From contig NZ_JABEZU010000003.1 of NCBI RefSeq assembly GCF_013149785.1, forward strand, positions 372,001-436,000: DNA of 64,000 nucleotides, given 5' to 3'. Shown in pieces: positions 42,565-59,809 of this stretch (the first letter of the stretch is position 1; each line of letters starts with the position of its first letter). Below the pieces are notes generated by a model. That model did no database searches, was not told the origin of the DNA, and worked only from the letters and a program-made list of their open reading frames with translations. The translations under genes were made by a program, and so were the position numbers. The DNA is from Isoptericola halotolerans. Its GTDB lineage: Bacteria; Actinomycetota; Actinomycetes; Actinomycetales; Cellulomonadaceae.

Positions 42565-44023
42565 TCATCCTCTCAGGGCCACCGTGCGCGGGCCCACCGG
42601 GGCCGGCAGCTCTGTGCTGCCCTGGAGGAACCTGTCCACGGCGGCCGCGGCCGCCCGACCTTCGGCGATCGCCCACACGATGAGGGACTGACCGCGGCCG
42701 GCGTCGCCGGCCACGAAGACGCCCGGCAGCGTGGTCGCGTAGTCGTCGCCGCGGCGCACCAGGCCGCGGCTGGTGGTCTCGGCGCCGGTCTGGGTGACCA
42801 GCTCCTCGGTCTCGGGTCCTGTGAATCCCATCGCGATGAGCACGAGATCCGCGGGGATCTCTCGCTCGGTACCGGCCCGGGGAACTCGTCGACCGTCGTC
42901 GAGGTACTCGGTCTCGGCGACCTTCAGTGCTCGGACCGCACCGCTGTCGTCGCCGACGAACTCTACCGTCGAGGCGAGGAACGTCCGCTCCCCGCCCTCC
43001 TCGTGAGAGCTCGACACCTCGAAGACGATCGGGTCGGTGGGCCACGGCTGGTGCTCAGGGCGCTCGGTCGGCGGCCTCTTGCCGATGGCGAGGGTGGTCA
43101 CGCTCGCAGCGCCCTGGCGCAGGGACGTGCCCACGCAGTCCGAGCCCGTGTCGCCACCGCCGATGACCACGACGTGCTTGCCCTCGGCGTCCGGCACACC
43201 CTCGACCGGCCTGCCCGCCACCGCCTTGTTGGACGGCGTGAGGAACTCCATCGCCGGGTGCACGCCCTCGAGGTCGTTGCCCGGGACGGCGAGCTCGCGC
43301 GGGACGGTGGCACCCGTGGCGATCACGACGGCGTCGAAGCGCCGGCGCAACGCGTCCCAGGTGATGTCCTTGCCGATCTCCACGCTCGTGCGGAACCGCG
43401 TGCCCTCAGCCTCCATCTGCGCCAGTCGCCGTTCGATGTGCGACTTCTCGAGCTTGAAGTCGGGGATGCCGTAGCGCAGCAGCCCGCCGATCGCGTCGTC
43501 CCGCTCGTAGACGACGACGGTGTGCCCGGCACGGGTCAGCTGTTGCGCCACCGCGAGCCCGGCGGGGCCCGATCCCACGACCGCCACCGTCGAGCCGGTG
43601 AGGCGCTGAGGCACCTGGGGCGTCACCAGACCTCGCTCGAAGGCCTCGTCGATGATCGAGACCTCGATGTTCTTGATCGTGACCGCCGGCTGGTTGATGC
43701 CCAGCACGCAGCTCGTCTCGCACGGCGCGGGGCACACCCGGCCGGTGAACTCGGGGAAGTTGTTGGTGGCGTGCAACCGTTCGATGGCGTCGGCCCACTG
43801 GCCCGTCCGCACCAGGTCGTTCCACTCCGGGATGAGGTTCCCGAGCGGGCAGCCTTGGTGGCAGAACGGGATGCCGCAGTCCATGCAGCGGCCGGCCTGC
43901 TCCTTCAGGAAGGGCTGCCCCTCCTGACGGACCTCGTGGGTGTCGCGCCAGTCACGCAGCCGCACCTCGACCGGGCGGCTCGGCGGGAGCTCGCGCTCCC
44001 GTACCTTCAGGAATCCACGGGGA

Positions 44024-44031
<8 letters not shown>
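42565..44031 (-). CDS. gltD: Glutamate synthase small subunit
   Basis: [37 protein letters not shown]. Confidence 0.97.
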
Positions 44032-48592
<4,561 letters not shown>

Positions 48593-48717
48593 CAACACCG
48601 TCCTCCTGAGCGCCCGCGTGCGGGCGCGTCTCTGCTTCAAGGGTGGTTCGGGACGTCGTCGGCCCGTCGGACTTGTCAGGTGCCGCCTTCCCGGGTGGTG
48701 ACCCGGTCGGCGACACC

Positions 48718-49722
48718 TCAGGCGCGAGCTGCCGGGCCCTGGTCGGGTCCGGAGGCTGACGCTTCCGTGTCGGTCGTGTCGGTGGTGCCCTCGGCGTCTA
48801 CGGCCTCGGCCGTGGCGTCGGGGTCACCGTCGGTCTCGGACTGCACCCCCGGGTCGTCGGGACGACCCGGCAGCGCGACGCCGTCCTCGCGACCCGGACG
48901 CAGCCGGCCGATGACGACGAACGCGACGAGGGCCCCGAGGCCCACGACGATCGAGGTCCACACGTTCAGCCGCAGCCCGAGCACCATCTCGGCGGTGTCG
49001 ATGCGGAGCATCTCGATCCACACCCTTCCCAGGGTGTAGACCGCGACGTAGGCCCAGAATACCCTCCCATGACCGAGCCTGTACCGGCGGTCGAGCCACA
49101 CGAGAAGTGCGGCCGCCGCGAGGTTCCAGAGCATCTCGTACAGGAACGTGGGGTGGAACAGCGTCCCCTCGGCGTACTGCAGTCCCGTCGCCGGGTCGAT
49201 CGGAAGGTAGGCCGGGTCGATCTGCAGCCCCCAGGGCAGGTCCGTCGGCGCGCCGAACAGCTCCTGGTTGAACCAGTTGCCCAGCCGGCCGATCGCCTGG
49301 GCCACCAGGAGCCCGGGCGCGAGCGCGTCCGCGAAGGACGACAGGCGCACGCCGAGCCGGCGGCACCCGATCCACGCGCCCACCGCACCCAGGGCGACCG
49401 CCCCCCAGATCCCGAGACCGCCCTCCCAGATGTACAGGGCGCTGACGGGGTCGCCGTTCGGGCCCCAGTAGGGCTCGGGCGTGGAGAACACGTGGTAGAG
49501 CCGGCCTCCGACGATGCCGAAGGGCACCGCCCAGAACGCGATCTCGAGCACGTCGTCGGGGTCCCCGCCCCGGGCCTTCCACCGCCGCATGGTCATCCAC
49601 GCGGCGACGACGATGCCTGCCAGGATCGCGAGCGCGTAGGCCCGGACCGGTACCGGACCGAGGTACCACGTGTGCTGTGCGGGGCTCGGGATCGACGCTG
49701 CGAGCTGGCCGGTGACGGTCAC
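48718..49722 (-). CDS. lgt: Prolipoprotein diacylglyceryl transferase
   Basis: [42 protein letters not shown]. Confidence 0.96.
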   Translation of the reverse strand: MTVTGQLAASIPSPAQHTWYLGPVPVRAYALAILAGIVVAAWMTMRRWKARGGDPDDVLEIAFWAVPFGIVGGRLYHVFSTPEPYWGPNGDPVSALYIWEGGLGIWGAVALGAVGAWIGCRRLGVRLSSFADALAPGLLVAQAIGRLGNWFNQELFGAPTDLPWGLQIDPAYLPIDPATGLQYAEGTLFHPTFLYEMLWNLAAAALLVWLDRRYRLGHGRVFWAYVAVYTLGRVWIEMLRIDTAEMVLGLRLNVWTSIVVGLGALVAFVVIGRLRPGREDGVALPGRPDDPGVQSETDGDPDATAEAVDAEGTTDTTDTEASASGPDQGPAARA

Positions 49723-50564
49723 GAGTCTCCTCCGGTGGTGCGGGCGCGCGCGACACCGGCCGCGAGCTCGCCGGTCACCCTGCCCAGCGCGTCCAGGCGG
49801 TCGGCCCACGGGTCGTCGGTCAGCAAGGTGCGGACCAGCGCGGATCCGACGATGACGCCGTCGGCGAAGCGTCCGACCTCCGCGGCCTGGGCGCCGGTCG
49901 AGACACCCAGACCGACGCACACGTGGCGGGCGCCTGCAGCGCGGGTGTGCGCGACCAGCTCCTCGGCGCGCTGCCCGACGGCCTCGCGTGCGCCCGTGAC
50001 GCCCATGGTCGAGGCGGCGTAGACGAACCCTCGGGACGCCTGCGCGGTGAGGCGCAACCGGTCCGGCGTCGAGCTCGGGGCCACCAGGTAGACCTTGTCC
50101 AGCGCGTGCTCGTCGGCAGCAGCACTCCACTCCTGCGCCTCGTCGGGGATGAGGTCGGGGGTGATCATCCCCGCTCCCCCGGCAGCGGCCAGGTCGCGTG
50201 CGAACGCCTCCACGCCGTATCGCAGCACCGGGTTGTAGTAGGACATCACCAGCGCAGGGATCTTCCCGCCCGAACGGTCCGCGACCGCCTCGACGACGGC
50301 GAGCACGTCCCGCACGCGCGCCCCGCCGGCCAGGGCGGCCTCCGCCGCACGCTGGATGACGGGCCCGTCCATCACCGGGTCGGTGTACGGCACCCCGACC
50401 TCGACGACGTCCACGCCCGCGTCGACCATCATCGACACCGCCTCGATCGAGCGCGGCACGTCGGGGAACCCCACCGGCAGGTAGCCCACGAGCGCCGGGC
50501 GGCCGACCGCAGCCAGCTCGTCCAGCCGCGCGGCGGTCCTCGAGGTCGTCACCGTCCCGCTCAC
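49719..50564 (-). CDS. trpA: Tryptophan synthase alpha
   Basis: [37 protein letters not shown]. Confidence 0.97.
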   Translation of the reverse strand: MSGTVTTSRTAARLDELAAVGRPALVGYLPVGFPDVPRSIEAVSMMVDAGVDVVEVGVPYTDPVMDGPVIQRAAEAALAGGARVRDVLAVVEAVADRSGGKIPALVMSYYNPVLRYGVEAFARDLAAAGGAGMITPDLIPDEAQEWSAAADEHALDKVYLVAPSSTPDRLRLTAQASRGFVYAASTMGVTGAREAVGQRAEELVAHTRAAGARHVCVGLGVSTGAQAAEVGRFADGVIVGSALVRTLLTDDPWADRLDALGRVTGELAAGVARARTTGGDS

Positions 50565-51880
50565 CGGTCTCCCTCCGTGGTGTCCTCGTCGAGCAGGCCG
50601 AACCAGCGCGCCGCCGTCGCGACGTCCTTGTCCCCCCGGCCCGAGAGGTTGATCAGGAACACCTGGTCCGTGCGACCCTCGTCGACCATGCGGCGTCCCA
50701 GCCGCAGCGCACCGGCCAGCGCGTGCGCCGACTCGATCGCAGGGATGATGCCCTCGGTCCGGCACAGCAGGCGGAAGGCCTCCATCGCCTCGCTGTCGGT
50801 GACGGGCTCGTAGGTGGCGCGCCCGATGTCGTGGAGCCAGGAGTGCGCGGGGCCGACGCTCGGGTAGTCCAGGCCGGCGGAGACCGAGTGGCTCGGACGC
50901 GTCTGCCCGTCGTCGTCCTGCAGGAGGTAGGAACGCGCCCCGTGCAGGACCCCGGGCGCACCGCCCGAGAACCGGGCGGCATGCCGCCCGGACTCGATGC
51001 CCTCGCCCCCTGCCTCGAAGCCGTACAGGGACACCTCGGCGTCGTCGAGGAAGGCGTTGAACAGTCCCAGCGCGTTGGAGCCGCCACCCACGCAGGCCAT
51101 GACGGCGTCGGGCAGACGACCGACGCGCTCCATGACCTGCTCGCGCGCCTCCTCGCCGATGATGCGGTGGAACTCGCGCACCATCTCCGGGAACGGGTGC
51201 GGTCCCGTGACCGTGCCGAGCAGGTAGTGGGTGTGGTCGACGTTCGTCACCCAGTCCCGCAACGCCTCGTTGATCGCATCCTTGAGGGTGCGGGTGCCCA
51301 CCGACACGGGCACGACGGTCGCTCCGAGCAGTTCCATGCGCGCGACGTTGAGTGCCTGCCGGCGAGTGTCCTCCTCGCCCATGTACACCACGCACTCGAG
51401 GCCGAGGAGCGCCGCAGCCGTCGCCGTCGCCACGCCGTGCTGGCCCGCTCCGGTCTCGGCGATGACCCGCGTCTTGCCCATCCGCTTGACGAGCAGGGCC
51501 TGGCCCAGCACGTTGTTGATCTTGTGCGAGCCGGTGTGGTTGAGGTCCTCGCGCTTGAGGAACACGCGCACGGGCGCGGTGCCGTCCCCGTCCGCGTCGG
51601 CGATGTGCGCCGCGAAGCGAGGGACCTCGGTCACCGGTGACGGCCTGCCCGTGTAGTCGCGGTGCAACCGGGACAGCTCGGCCGCGAACGCCGGGTCCCC
51701 CTGAGCCTTGCGGAACTCGGTCTCGAGCTCGTCGAGCGCGGCGATGAGCGCTTCGGGGACGTAGCGACCGCCGAACTGCCCGAAGTAGGGCCCCTGGACG
51801 TCGGCGAGCTTCTCGGCGACCTGATGAGCCAGGGTCTCGGTCAGCGCGTCTCGCACGGGCTGCTCAGGCTGCTCGGGCAC
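50561..51880 (-). CDS. trpB: Tryptophan synthase beta
   Basis: [39 protein letters not shown]. Confidence 0.98.
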   Translation of the reverse strand: MPEQPEQPVRDALTETLAHQVAEKLADVQGPYFGQFGGRYVPEALIAALDELETEFRKAQGDPAFAAELSRLHRDYTGRPSPVTEVPRFAAHIADADGDGTAPVRVFLKREDLNHTGSHKINNVLGQALLVKRMGKTRVIAETGAGQHGVATATAAALLGLECVVYMGEEDTRRQALNVARMELLGATVVPVSVGTRTLKDAINEALRDWVTNVDHTHYLLGTVTGPHPFPEMVREFHRIIGEEAREQVMERVGRLPDAVMACVGGGSNALGLFNAFLDDAEVSLYGFEAGGEGIESGRHAARFSGGAPGVLHGARSYLLQDDDGQTRPSHSVSAGLDYPSVGPAHSWLHDIGRATYEPVTDSEAMEAFRLLCRTEGIIPAIESAHALAGALRLGRRMVDEGRTDQVFLINLSGRGDKDVATAARWFGLLDEDTTEGDR

Positions 51881-51937
51881 GGGCGCTCCTTCATGGCGTG
51901 GGGGGTCAGTTCGGCGGGGCGGCGGCCGCCTCGGGAG

Positions 51938-52762
51938 TCACGGCTGGGCGGCGGGTCGTACGGACCACAGAGCGGGGTGCTGCCCCGCCGCGACGAGGTC
52001 CGCGACGGACCGTCGAGGCTCGCCGTCGGTCACCAGTGCCTCGCCGACCAGCACGGCATGAGCCCCGGCGCGAGCGTAGTCCATGACGTCGTGCGGTCCC
52101 CGCACGCCCGACTCCGCGACCCTGACCACGTCGTCGGGGATCAACGGGGCCAGCCGGGAGAAGGTGTCGCGGTCGACCTCGAGCGTCTTGAGGTTGCGTG
52201 CGTTGACGCCCACCACCCGCGCCCCGGCGTCGAGGGCACGACGCACCTCGTCCTCCGTGTGCGCCTCGACCAGCGCCGTCATGCCCAAGGAATGGACCCG
52301 CTCGACCAACGACGTCAGCACGGTCTGCTCGAGCGCGGCGACGATGAGCAGGACCACGTCGGCTCCGTGCGCCCGCGCCTCCCACACCTGGTACGGGGTC
52401 ACGACGAAGTCCTTGCGCAGGACCGGCACGTCGACACGTGAGCGGACGGCGTCGAGGTCGGCCAGGCTGCCGCCGAACCGGCGCTGCTCGGTGAGCACCG
52501 AGATCACGCTCGCCCCACCTGCCGCGTACTCGACCGCCAGGGCCGCCGGGTCCGTGATCTCCGCCAGGGCGCCCCTGCTCGGGCTGGACCGCTTGACCTC
52601 GGCGATGACTGCGACCTTGTCCTCGGACAGCAGACGGCTGCAGCACTCGAGCGCGCCCGGTGTCTTCGCGGAGCGTTCCTTCAGCTCGTCGAGCGAGGTG
52701 CGGGCCTGCCGCACGGCGAGATCCTCGCGGACCCCTGCGACGATGTCCTCCAGGACCGTCAT
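51938..52762 (-). CDS. trpC: Indole-3-glycerol phosphate synthase
   Basis: [34 protein letters not shown]. Confidence 0.97.
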   Translation of the reverse strand: MTVLEDIVAGVREDLAVRQARTSLDELKERSAKTPGALECCSRLLSEDKVAVIAEVKRSSPSRGALAEITDPAALAVEYAAGGASVISVLTEQRRFGGSLADLDAVRSRVDVPVLRKDFVVTPYQVWEARAHGADVVLLIVAALEQTVLTSLVERVHSLGMTALVEAHTEDEVRRALDAGARVVGVNARNLKTLEVDRDTFSRLAPLIPDDVVRVAESGVRGPHDVMDYARAGAHAVLVGEALVTDGEPRRSVADLVAAGQHPALWSVRPAAQP

Positions 52763-52924
52763 GCTCTTCCCTCCCTCGTCGTCTTGCTGCCATGGTAGGC
52801 CCGTCTCACCGGCGCACCGACCAGTGCCCGAGGGACGAGACGCTCCACCCGGCGGGACGTCGCCGTTCGCAGCACCCGACGGAGCACATCGTTATCACCC
52901 CGTGACGCGCCCAGGGCGTGCATG

Positions 52925-52962
52925 CCACGGCGCCCGCACCTCGTGAGGTGCGGGCGCCGTGG
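52925..52962 (-). terminator. GC-rich hairpin
   Basis: CCACGGCGCCCGCACCTC-GT-GAGGTGCGGGCGCCGTGG perfect inverted repeat just downstream of the 52985 gene. Confidence 0.7.
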
Positions 52963-52984
52963 GACGCGCGAGTGGTGACCGGGC

Positions 52985-53263
52985 TCAGTGCGAGCTCGCC
53001 GAGCGACGGGGCTCTACTCCCGGCTTCGCCTGGCCGTAGCCCATGTTGCGCAGGACGAGCCCTGCCACGCAGGCGAGCAGGACGATCACCAGCCCCGCCC
53101 AGAAGATCGCGAACGGCACGCCGGGCAGGCAACCGACCGCGGACACGAGCGCGCCGGTCATGACGCCGACCATGGCGGTCCAGGCCGCGACGGTGTGGCC
53201 GTGGTTCGTGGGCGGGACCGCGTCGGGCAGGTAGATCGGCTCGGCGGTGGTGTTGTCGGTCAT
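52985..53263 (-). CDS. HGxxPAAW-family membrane protein
   Basis: NHGHTVAAW plus two TM helices; usual trp-cluster position. Confidence 0.85.
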   Translation of the reverse strand: MTDNTTAEPIYLPDAVPPTNHGHTVAAWTAMVGVMTGALVSAVGCLPGVPFAIFWAGLVIVLLACVAGLVLRNMGYGQAKPGVEPRRSASSH

Positions 53264-53304
53264 GGGCGAGGCATACCTTTCGTCGCGTGCTGCTGGCACT
53301 CAGA

Positions 53305-53898
53305 CTACCGGTCGGCAGACGGGTCCGTGCCCCTCGTGAGCGCGTCCCAGTCGGCCTGGGCGTCCGGTCCGGCGTCGTCCGGGTCGTCGCGGTCCGACGC
53401 GACGCCGGGCGAACCGTCGCGCTCGTGCCGCGCGTCGCCGCCCGACCACGAACGCACCCCCAGAGCCGCCAGCACGGCCACCACGACGACGGCGGCTCCC
53501 ACAGCCACTGTCACCCACGGCCACGGCGTCACCTCCACCGGTGAGGTCAGCGTCGTGACCCCCGCGGCGTCGGCCGCGGCGGACACCGCGGGGGCGCGGG
53601 CGTCGAGGAGCACCACGACGGCACCGCTCGCCACGGTCGCGCCGGCGAGACCGGTCGCCGTCAGCGCGATCCACCGCGCGACCCGTCCCGCCAGCGTGGC
53701 TGCGAGCGCACCGGCCAGCACGACGAACGCCGCCGCGCTCACCGCCGGGGCCGCCGCCGTCCCGGGCACCTCGATCACGACCTCGGGCTCGAGCGCCGTG
53801 GCCACCGTGGTGCGCAGCCACACCGGCGCGGTGACGGCGAACGCCGCACCGCCGAGCAGCAGCAGCAGGACGACGGCGCGGGACCGGGAACGGATCAC
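53305..53898 (-). CDS. Trp biosynthesis-associated membrane protein
   Basis: Four TM helices; C-terminal WDALTRGTDP. Confidence 0.88.
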   Translation of the reverse strand: MIRSRSRAVVLLLLLGGAAFAVTAPVWLRTTVATALEPEVVIEVPGTAAAPAVSAAAFVVLAGALAATLAGRVARWIALTATGLAGATVASGAVVVLLDARAPAVSAAADAAGVTTLTSPVEVTPWPWVTVAVGAAVVVVAVLAALGVRSWSGGDARHERDGSPGVASDRDDPDDAGPDAQADWDALTRGTDPSADR

Positions 53899-55517
53899 GG
53901 GGCCGTCCCCGCCCCCGCCGTGCCCAGGTCGGAGAACCGTGCCGCGAGCTGCACGGCCCGGACCGCCGCGGCCGCCTTGTTGCGGGACTCCTCGTACTCC
54001 AGCGCCGGCACCGAGTCGGCGACGATCCCGCCGCCGGCCTGCACCGAGGCCCGGCCGTCACGCAGCAACGCGGTGCGGATGGCGATCGCCATGTCCATGT
54101 TCCCACCGAAGTCGAAGTACCCGCAGGTGCCCCCGTAGATGCCCCGCGAGGCAGGTTCGAGCTCGTCGATCATGGCGATCGCCCGCGGCTTCGGTGCGCC
54201 GGACAGGGTGCCTGCCGGGAACGTGGCACGGAACGTGTCCAGCGCCGTCGCGCCCGGTCTCAGGCGACCGACGACGGTCGAGCACAGGTGCATGATGTGG
54301 CTGAAGCGCCGCACCGTCATGTACTCCACGACCTCCACCGAGGTCGGCTCGCAGACCTTGACCATGTCGTTGCGCGACAGGTCGACCAGCATGAGGTGCT
54401 CGGCACGCTCCTTGGGGTCGGCGAGCAGCTCCTCGGCGAGCTCGACGTCGTCCTCGACCTTCTCTCCGCGAGGCCGCGACCCCGCGATGGGGTAGGTCGT
54501 GACGTGCCCGTCGTCGACCTTCACCAGCGTCTCCGGGCTGGCTCCGACGACGGCGAAGTCGCGTCCGCGATGGTCGGCCAGCTGGAAGTAGTACATGTAT
54601 TGGCTCGGGTTGATCGTGCGCAGCGCGCGGTAGACGTCCAGCGGCGGGGCGGGGCAGTCGAGGTCGAGCCGCTGGGACAGCACGACCTGGAAGACCTCGC
54701 CGTCACGCACACCCTCCTGCCCCGCCAGGACCGCGGCCTCGTACTCGGCGCGGGTGGATCGGAACTCGATCGCGGGCTCGGGCACGTCGTCACGCAGCAC
54801 GGTGCGCTCGGCGCGGTGCGACGTCGCGAGCCGGTCCGCGAGCGCGTCGAGCCGGGTGACGGCGTCCGCGTGCGCCTCGTCGACGCGGTCGTCCGTCCCG
54901 TCGGCGTTGATCGCGTTGGCGATGAGCCAGACCGACCCGGTCAGGTGGTCGACGGCCACCAGGTCGGTGGCCAGGGTCAGTGCGACCTCCGGCACGTCGA
55001 GCTCGTCGGGAGCGTTCGCCGGGAGGGTGGGTTCCCAGTGGCGCACGACGTCCCAGCCCATGGCTCCGACGAACCCTCCGGTCAACGGCGGAAGCCCCTC
55101 CACGGGCACGGTGCGCAGGGCTTCGAGAGCGGACTCCAGGACCTCGACCACGTCCCCCTCGACGGGGATGCCGGCGGGGACGTCCCCGGTCCACACGGCT
55201 CGTCCGCCGTCGGAGAGCAGCGTGGCGCGGGCCTCGACACCGACGAAGGACCACCGCGACCAGGAGCGTCCGGCCTCGGCGGACTCCAGCACGAAGGTGC
55301 CGGGCCGGCCGCCGGCGAGCGAGCGGTACAGCCCGACCGGGGTGACGTCGTCGGCCAGCACACGTCGTACGACCGGGATGACACGGCGGTCGCGTGCGAG
55401 CTCACGGAAGGTGCTCAGCCGCGGCCACGTCGCACCCCAGGTGAGGTCCTCGGCCGTCGGTGCGACGGCGGGGGCCTGGGGCGGCTGGGCGGCGGGTGTG
55501 CCGGCGGTCGGGGTCAC
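53895..55517 (-). CDS. trpE: Anthranilate synthase component I
   Basis: [47 protein letters not shown]. Confidence 0.97.
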   Translation of the reverse strand: MTPTAGTPAAQPPQAPAVAPTAEDLTWGATWPRLSTFRELARDRRVIPVVRRVLADDVTPVGLYRSLAGGRPGTFVLESAEAGRSWSRWSFVGVEARATLLSDGGRAVWTGDVPAGIPVEGDVVEVLESALEALRTVPVEGLPPLTGGFVGAMGWDVVRHWEPTLPANAPDELDVPEVALTLATDLVAVDHLTGSVWLIANAINADGTDDRVDEAHADAVTRLDALADRLATSHRAERTVLRDDVPEPAIEFRSTRAEYEAAVLAGQEGVRDGEVFQVVLSQRLDLDCPAPPLDVYRALRTINPSQYMYYFQLADHRGRDFAVVGASPETLVKVDDGHVTTYPIAGSRPRGEKVEDDVELAEELLADPKERAEHLMLVDLSRNDMVKVCEPTSVEVVEYMTVRRFSHIMHLCSTVVGRLRPGATALDTFRATFPAGTLSGAPKPRAIAMIDELEPASRGIYGGTCGYFDFGGNMDMAIAIRTALLRDGRASVQAGGGIVADSVPALEYEESRNKAAAAVRAVQLAARFSDLGTAGAGTAP

Positions 55518-55936
55518 CGGGCCTCCTCGGTCTCGTCGGTGTGCTCGGCAGGGCCCTGGGGCGGGCGTGACCCGACGACGGCGGGCAGCGCTCCCCCGGC
55601 GTCGAAACAGGTGTGCGCACCCGTGTGGCATGCGGCACCGACCTGGTCGACCTGCACGAGCAGGGCGTCGCCGTCGCAGTCGATCGCGACGCTCTTCACG
55701 TACTGGAAGTGCCCGGAGGTGTCCCCCTTGCGCCAGTACTCGCTGCGCGACCTGCTCCAGAACGTCACGCGCCCCTCGGACAGGGTGCGTCGCAGCGCCT
55801 CGTCGTCCATCCAGCCCAGCATGAGCACGTCTCCGGTGTCGTGCTGCTGCACGATGGCGGCGACCAGGCCGTGGTCGTCGCGCTTGAGACGGTCTGCAGT
55901 GCCGGGATCCAGCCCGTTGCCGTTCAGGTCAGCCAC
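55514..55936 (-). CDS. hisI: Phosphoribosyl-AMP cyclohydrolase
   Basis: FWSRSR...[22 protein letters not shown]. Confidence 0.97.
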   Translation of the reverse strand: MADLNGNGLDPGTADRLKRDDHGLVAAIVQQHDTGDVLMLGWMDDEALRRTLSEGRVTFWSRSRSEYWRKGDTSGHFQYVKSVAIDCDGDALLVQVDQVGAACHTGAHTCFDAGGALPAVVGSRPPQGPAEHTDETEEAR

Positions 55937-56001
55937 CCCGGCATCTTCCCACGCGCCGGCCGGTCGCCGGGTCGGTGACCGGATCGAGGACGCCCGGGAC
56001 G

Positions 56002-57816
56002 TCACCGTGTCTGGGCCACCCAGCTCGCGTGCATCCGGGCATACACCCCGCCGGCCGCGGCGAGCTCGAGGTGCGGGCCGGCCTCGACCACGTGACCGTC
56101 GTCGACGACGACCACCAGGTCGCTCGCCTCGGCCGTCGACAGCCGGTGCGCGATCGTGATGGTCGAGCGGCCCGAGGTGAGCGCGTCGAGCGCACGGGCG
56201 ATGCGCACCTCGGTGGCAGGGTCGACGGCGGACGTCGCCTCGTCGAGGACGAGCAGGTCGGGTGCGGCGAGGTAGGCGCGCGCCACCGCGACGAGCTGGC
56301 GCTCCCCCGCGCTCAGCGCCTCACCGCGCTGCCCGACGTCGGTGTCCAGCCCGTCGGGCAGGTCGGCCACCCACTCGGTGAGGCCGAGCGCCGCGAACGC
56401 CGCCGCCACCCGCTCCCGCACCTCGTGGTCGACGGCGCCCTCGGCGGGCAGGTCGCGCAGGCCGTACGCGACGTTGGACGCGATGGTGCCGTCGAAGAGG
56501 AAGCCCTCCTGCGGCACCAGCACGACCCGCTCCCGCAGCCGGCGCAGCGGGATGTCGCGCAGGTCGACGCCGTCCAGCTCCACCCGCCCGGCGCTCGGGT
56601 CCATCAGACGTGCCACCAGCTTGGCGATCGTCGTCTTCCCCGAGCCCGTCTGCCCGACGACCGCCACCTTCTTGCGGGCGGGCAGCTCGAGGTCGATGCC
56701 GTGCAGCACCTCGGGGCCCCCGGGATAGGAGTAGTGCACACCGCGCAGGGTCACGCGGGCGTCTCCCCGAGGACTGGCGGCGGCGCCCGAGCGCCCGTCG
56801 GCGTCCTCGACGTCGATGGGTGTGTCCACCACGGCGATGACACGACGCCAGCCGGCCACCGCGTTCTGCAGCTCGTTGAGGATCTCCGTGGCCATCTGGA
56901 CGGGACCGGTGAACAGCTGGACCAGGAACAGGAAGGCCACCAGCTGCCCGGCGGTCAACCCGCCGCCGATGCCCAGGTAGGACCCGACCACGACGACGAC
57001 CGCCAGCACCAGGTTGGCCAGCAGCGTGCCCGAGGAGAACACGACCCCCACGAGCACCTGCGCGCGGCCCTGGGCCCGGCGCGTGTCCTCGATCGCACCG
57101 TCGATGCGTCGTCCCGTCCGGTCCGCCACGCCGTACGCGCGCACCGTCTCGGCGCCGACCACCGCCTCGGAGACAGCGCCCAGCATGGCCCCGACCTTCT
57201 CCCGCACGACGGTGAACCGGCGGCCCACCGCGCGCTGCGCGAGACGGATGACGAGGAACAGCGGGACGAAGCACAGCCACACCACGACCGTCAGCGCCGG
57301 CGAGTACACGGCCATGAGCACCGTCGCCACGCCCACCTGCAGCGTGGAGACCATGAGCATGATCCCGCCCCACTGCACGAACATCGAGATCGTGTCGACG
57401 TCGTTGGTCACCCGGGAGACCAGGGCTCCTCGACGCTCCGAGCCCTGCGACAGCGTCGACAGGTCGTGCACGTGCCGGAAGGCCTTCACCCGCAGGGCCG
57501 CCAGGCCGGCCTCGGTGGACCGGAACAGACGGACGTTCACCACGGCCGTGCACAGCCCGGCGAGGATGATCGCCCCGGCGGCCACGGTGGAGAGCAGCGC
57601 GACCCTCGTCGGCTCGGGACCGCCGTCGGCCAGGATGCCCTCGTCGATCGTCTGCTGCACGGCCAGCGGCACGACGACCCGGCCCGCGGCGGCCAGGACC
57701 GCGAGGGCCAGCGTCAGCCACAGCCCCTGCACGATCTGCGGCGAGATCTGCACGCCGCGGCGCAGGGTGGCCAGCACCCCCAGGTCGCTCGTCGTGGCGA
57801 TGCGCGAGTCGCTCAT
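56002..57816 (-). CDS. ABC transporter, fused permease/ATPase
   Basis: TM domain, [28 protein letters not shown]. Confidence 0.95.
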   Translation of the reverse strand: MSDSRIATTSDLGVLATLRRGVQISPQIVQGLWLTLALAVLAAAGRVVVPLAVQQTIDEGILADGGPEPTRVALLSTVAAGAIILAGLCTAVVNVRLFRSTEAGLAALRVKAFRHVHDLSTLSQGSERRGALVSRVTNDVDTISMFVQWGGIMLMVSTLQVGVATVLMAVYSPALTVVVWLCFVPLFLVIRLAQRAVGRRFTVVREKVGAMLGAVSEAVVGAETVRAYGVADRTGRRIDGAIEDTRRAQGRAQVLVGVVFSSGTLLANLVLAVVVVVGSYLGIGGGLTAGQLVAFLFLVQLFTGPVQMATEILNELQNAVAGWRRVIAVVDTPIDVEDADGRSGAAASPRGDARVTLRGVHYSYPGGPEVLHGIDLELPARKKVAVVGQTGSGKTTIAKLVARLMDPSAGRVELDGVDLRDIPLRRLRERVVLVPQEGFLFDGTIASNVAYGLRDLPAEGAVDHEVRERVAAAFAALGLTEWVADLPDGLDTDVGQRGEALSAGERQLVAVARAYLAAPDLLVLDEATSAVDPATEVRIARALDALTSGRSTITIAHRLSTAEASDLVVVVDDGHVVEAGPHLELAAAGGVYARMHASWVAQTR

Positions 57817-59711
57817 CGTGCGCCCTCCTCGTCGTCGTCCCAGGGTTCGTGGACGTCCTCGCCGGCCGCACGCTCGTCGACGAGCTCTCGCTCGCGCCGT
57901 GCGGTCTCCACCTCGTAGGCGGTCGCCAGGTCCCGGTACCCCGCGTCGCGCGCGAGCAGCTCGTCGTGGCGGCCCGTGTCGACCACCCGGCCGCCCTCGA
58001 GATGGACGACGACGTCAGACATCGACACCGAGCTCATCCGGTAGGCGACCATGACGACCGTGACCGGACGCCCCGTACCGACCGCGTCGGCGGCGAGCCC
58101 GGCGAGGATCTCCTGCTCGACCCGCGGGTCCACGGCGCTGGTGGCGTCGTCGAGCACGAGCAGGCGTGGGCGGCGCACCAGCGCCCGGGCGATCGCCAGA
58201 CGCTGACGCTGACCGCCCGAGAGGTTGGCGCCGCGCTCGCCCAGGGGTGCGTCCAGGCCCTCGGGGAGCGCCCGGACGACGTCGTCGACCCGGGCCAGCC
58301 GCAACGCCTCCCACACACCTTCGTCGACGGCGTCGGAGACCTCGTCCGCGAGCGTCACGTTCGCCCGGACCGTGTCCTCGAAGACGAACGTGTTCTGCGC
58401 CACGTAGGCGACCTGCGCCGGCACCTGACCGGCCGCGAGGTCCCGGACGTCGACGCCGTCGAGCAGCACCCGCCCCCGCGTGGGGTCGCTCAGGCGGCTC
58501 AGGAGAGAGACCAGGGTCGTCTTGCCGGCGCCGGTGGGACCGACGACGGCGACGGTGGCGCCCGGCGCCACCTCGACGTCGATCCCGTCGAGCAGCGTCG
58601 CCGTCCGACCGGCGGACGGTACGTCCACCCCGACGTCCTCGAGGCGGACACCGATCCCGGTCCCGCCGGCAGGCAGGACCCCGTCGCCGACCTCGATCTC
58701 TCCCTGCGCGTCCAGCACCCGCGAGATACGGTCGTACCCGACCAGCGCCCGCGGGATCTCGCCCAGCACCCACCCGAAGGCACGCACGGGGACGGCCATC
58801 ATCGTCAGGAGGTAGGCGGCGGTCACGACGTCGCCGACCTCGACGGCGCCGCTGGCGGCGCGCACGGTACCCACTCCCAGGACCAGCAGGGTGCCGAGGT
58901 TGGGCAGCAGCTCGATCACCGGGTCGAAGACCGCCCGGATCCGACCGGCACGCACGTTGGCGGCGCGCAGCTCGTCCGTGCGGCGCGCGAACCGTGCCTC
59001 CTCCCGGTCGGCCGTCCCGAGCGACTTGACGAGCAGGGCGGCCTCGAAGGACTCGTGGGCGACGTCGGCCACCTCGGCGCGCAGCTGCTGCGCCCGGGTC
59101 ACGGCCGGGGACATGTACCGCTGGAACACGACGTTCGCCGCGATCGCCGCCGGGATCACGACCAGCGCCGCCAGGGCCAACCACGGGTCCACGCTGAACA
59201 GCATCCCGGTGGCCACCAGGATCATGACGACCACGCCGAGCGCGAACGGCAGGGGGTTGAACACACCGGTGGCGGCCTCGACGTCGGCGCTCGCGTTGCT
59301 CAGCAGCTGACCGGTGGGGTGCGCACGGTGCCACGACAGGGGAAGGCGCAGGTACTGCCGGGTGACGCCTCGCCGGTGGTCCGCCTGGATGCCCACCACG
59401 CCCCAGCCTGCCCAGATGCGTCGCCCGGCCACCGAGAGCGCCAGGGTCAGGGCGACGGTGGCCAGCACCCCGCCGGCGAGCCAGATGTCGGCACGGGCCG
59501 CCTCGTCGCCGGCGAGCGCGGGGACGACGACGGCGTCCGTCGCCCAGCCGACCGCCCGGCTGACCGCCACGGTGGCGGCGCCGAAGACGGCCGAGGCGAG
59601 GACGGCGAGGACGTAGAGACGGGGTTCGGTCCGCATGCCGCGCCAGACGAGCACCGTCCCGCGGCGCAGTCGTGAGCCGGACAGTGCGGCCGGGCGAGCG
59701 GGTTCGGGCAC
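57813..59711 (-). CDS. ABC transporter, fused permease/ATPase (degenerate partner)
   Basis: GPTGAGKT, LSGGQRQ, LDDATS and VAYR (non-canonical catalytic residues, as in heterodimeric exporters); start approximate. Confidence 0.92.
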   Translation of the reverse strand: MPEPARPAALSGSRLRRGTVLVWRGMRTEPRLYVLAVLASAVFGAATVAVSRAVGWATDAVVVPALAGDEAARADIWLAGGVLATVALTLALSVAGRRIWAGWGVVGIQADHRRGVTRQYLRLPLSWHRAHPTGQLLSNASADVEAATGVFNPLPFALGVVVMILVATGMLFSVDPWLALAALVVIPAAIAANVVFQRYMSPAVTRAQQLRAEVADVAHESFEAALLVKSLGTADREEARFARRTDELRAANVRAGRIRAVFDPVIELLPNLGTLLVLGVGTVRAASGAVEVGDVVTAAYLLTMMAVPVRAFGWVLGEIPRALVGYDRISRVLDAQGEIEVGDGVLPAGGTGIGVRLEDVGVDVPSAGRTATLLDGIDVEVAPGATVAVVGPTGAGKTTLVSLLSRLSDPTRGRVLLDGVDVRDLAAGQVPAQVAYVAQNTFVFEDTVRANVTLADEVSDAVDEGVWEALRLARVDDVVRALPEGLDAPLGERGANLSGGQRQRLAIARALVRRPRLLVLDDATSAVDPRVEQEILAGLAADAVGTGRPVTVVMVAYRMSSVSMSDVVVHLEGGRVVDTGRHDELLARDAGYRDLATAYEVETARRERELVDERAAGEDVHEPWDDDEEGAR

Positions 59712-59809
59712 AGCAGACCTCGCAGTCGTCAGGGATCGAATCGATCCTAGCGCCTGGCGCACGCTGGTTCGCCCGGGCATCCGTCCAGGTGGCCCCTCGA
59801 CAGGACGGC

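Noticed and set aside
40496..42691. 731-aa plus-strand ORF across attR
   Set aside because: Mostly the antisense shadow of pyk; only about 42 codons from 40676 look coding
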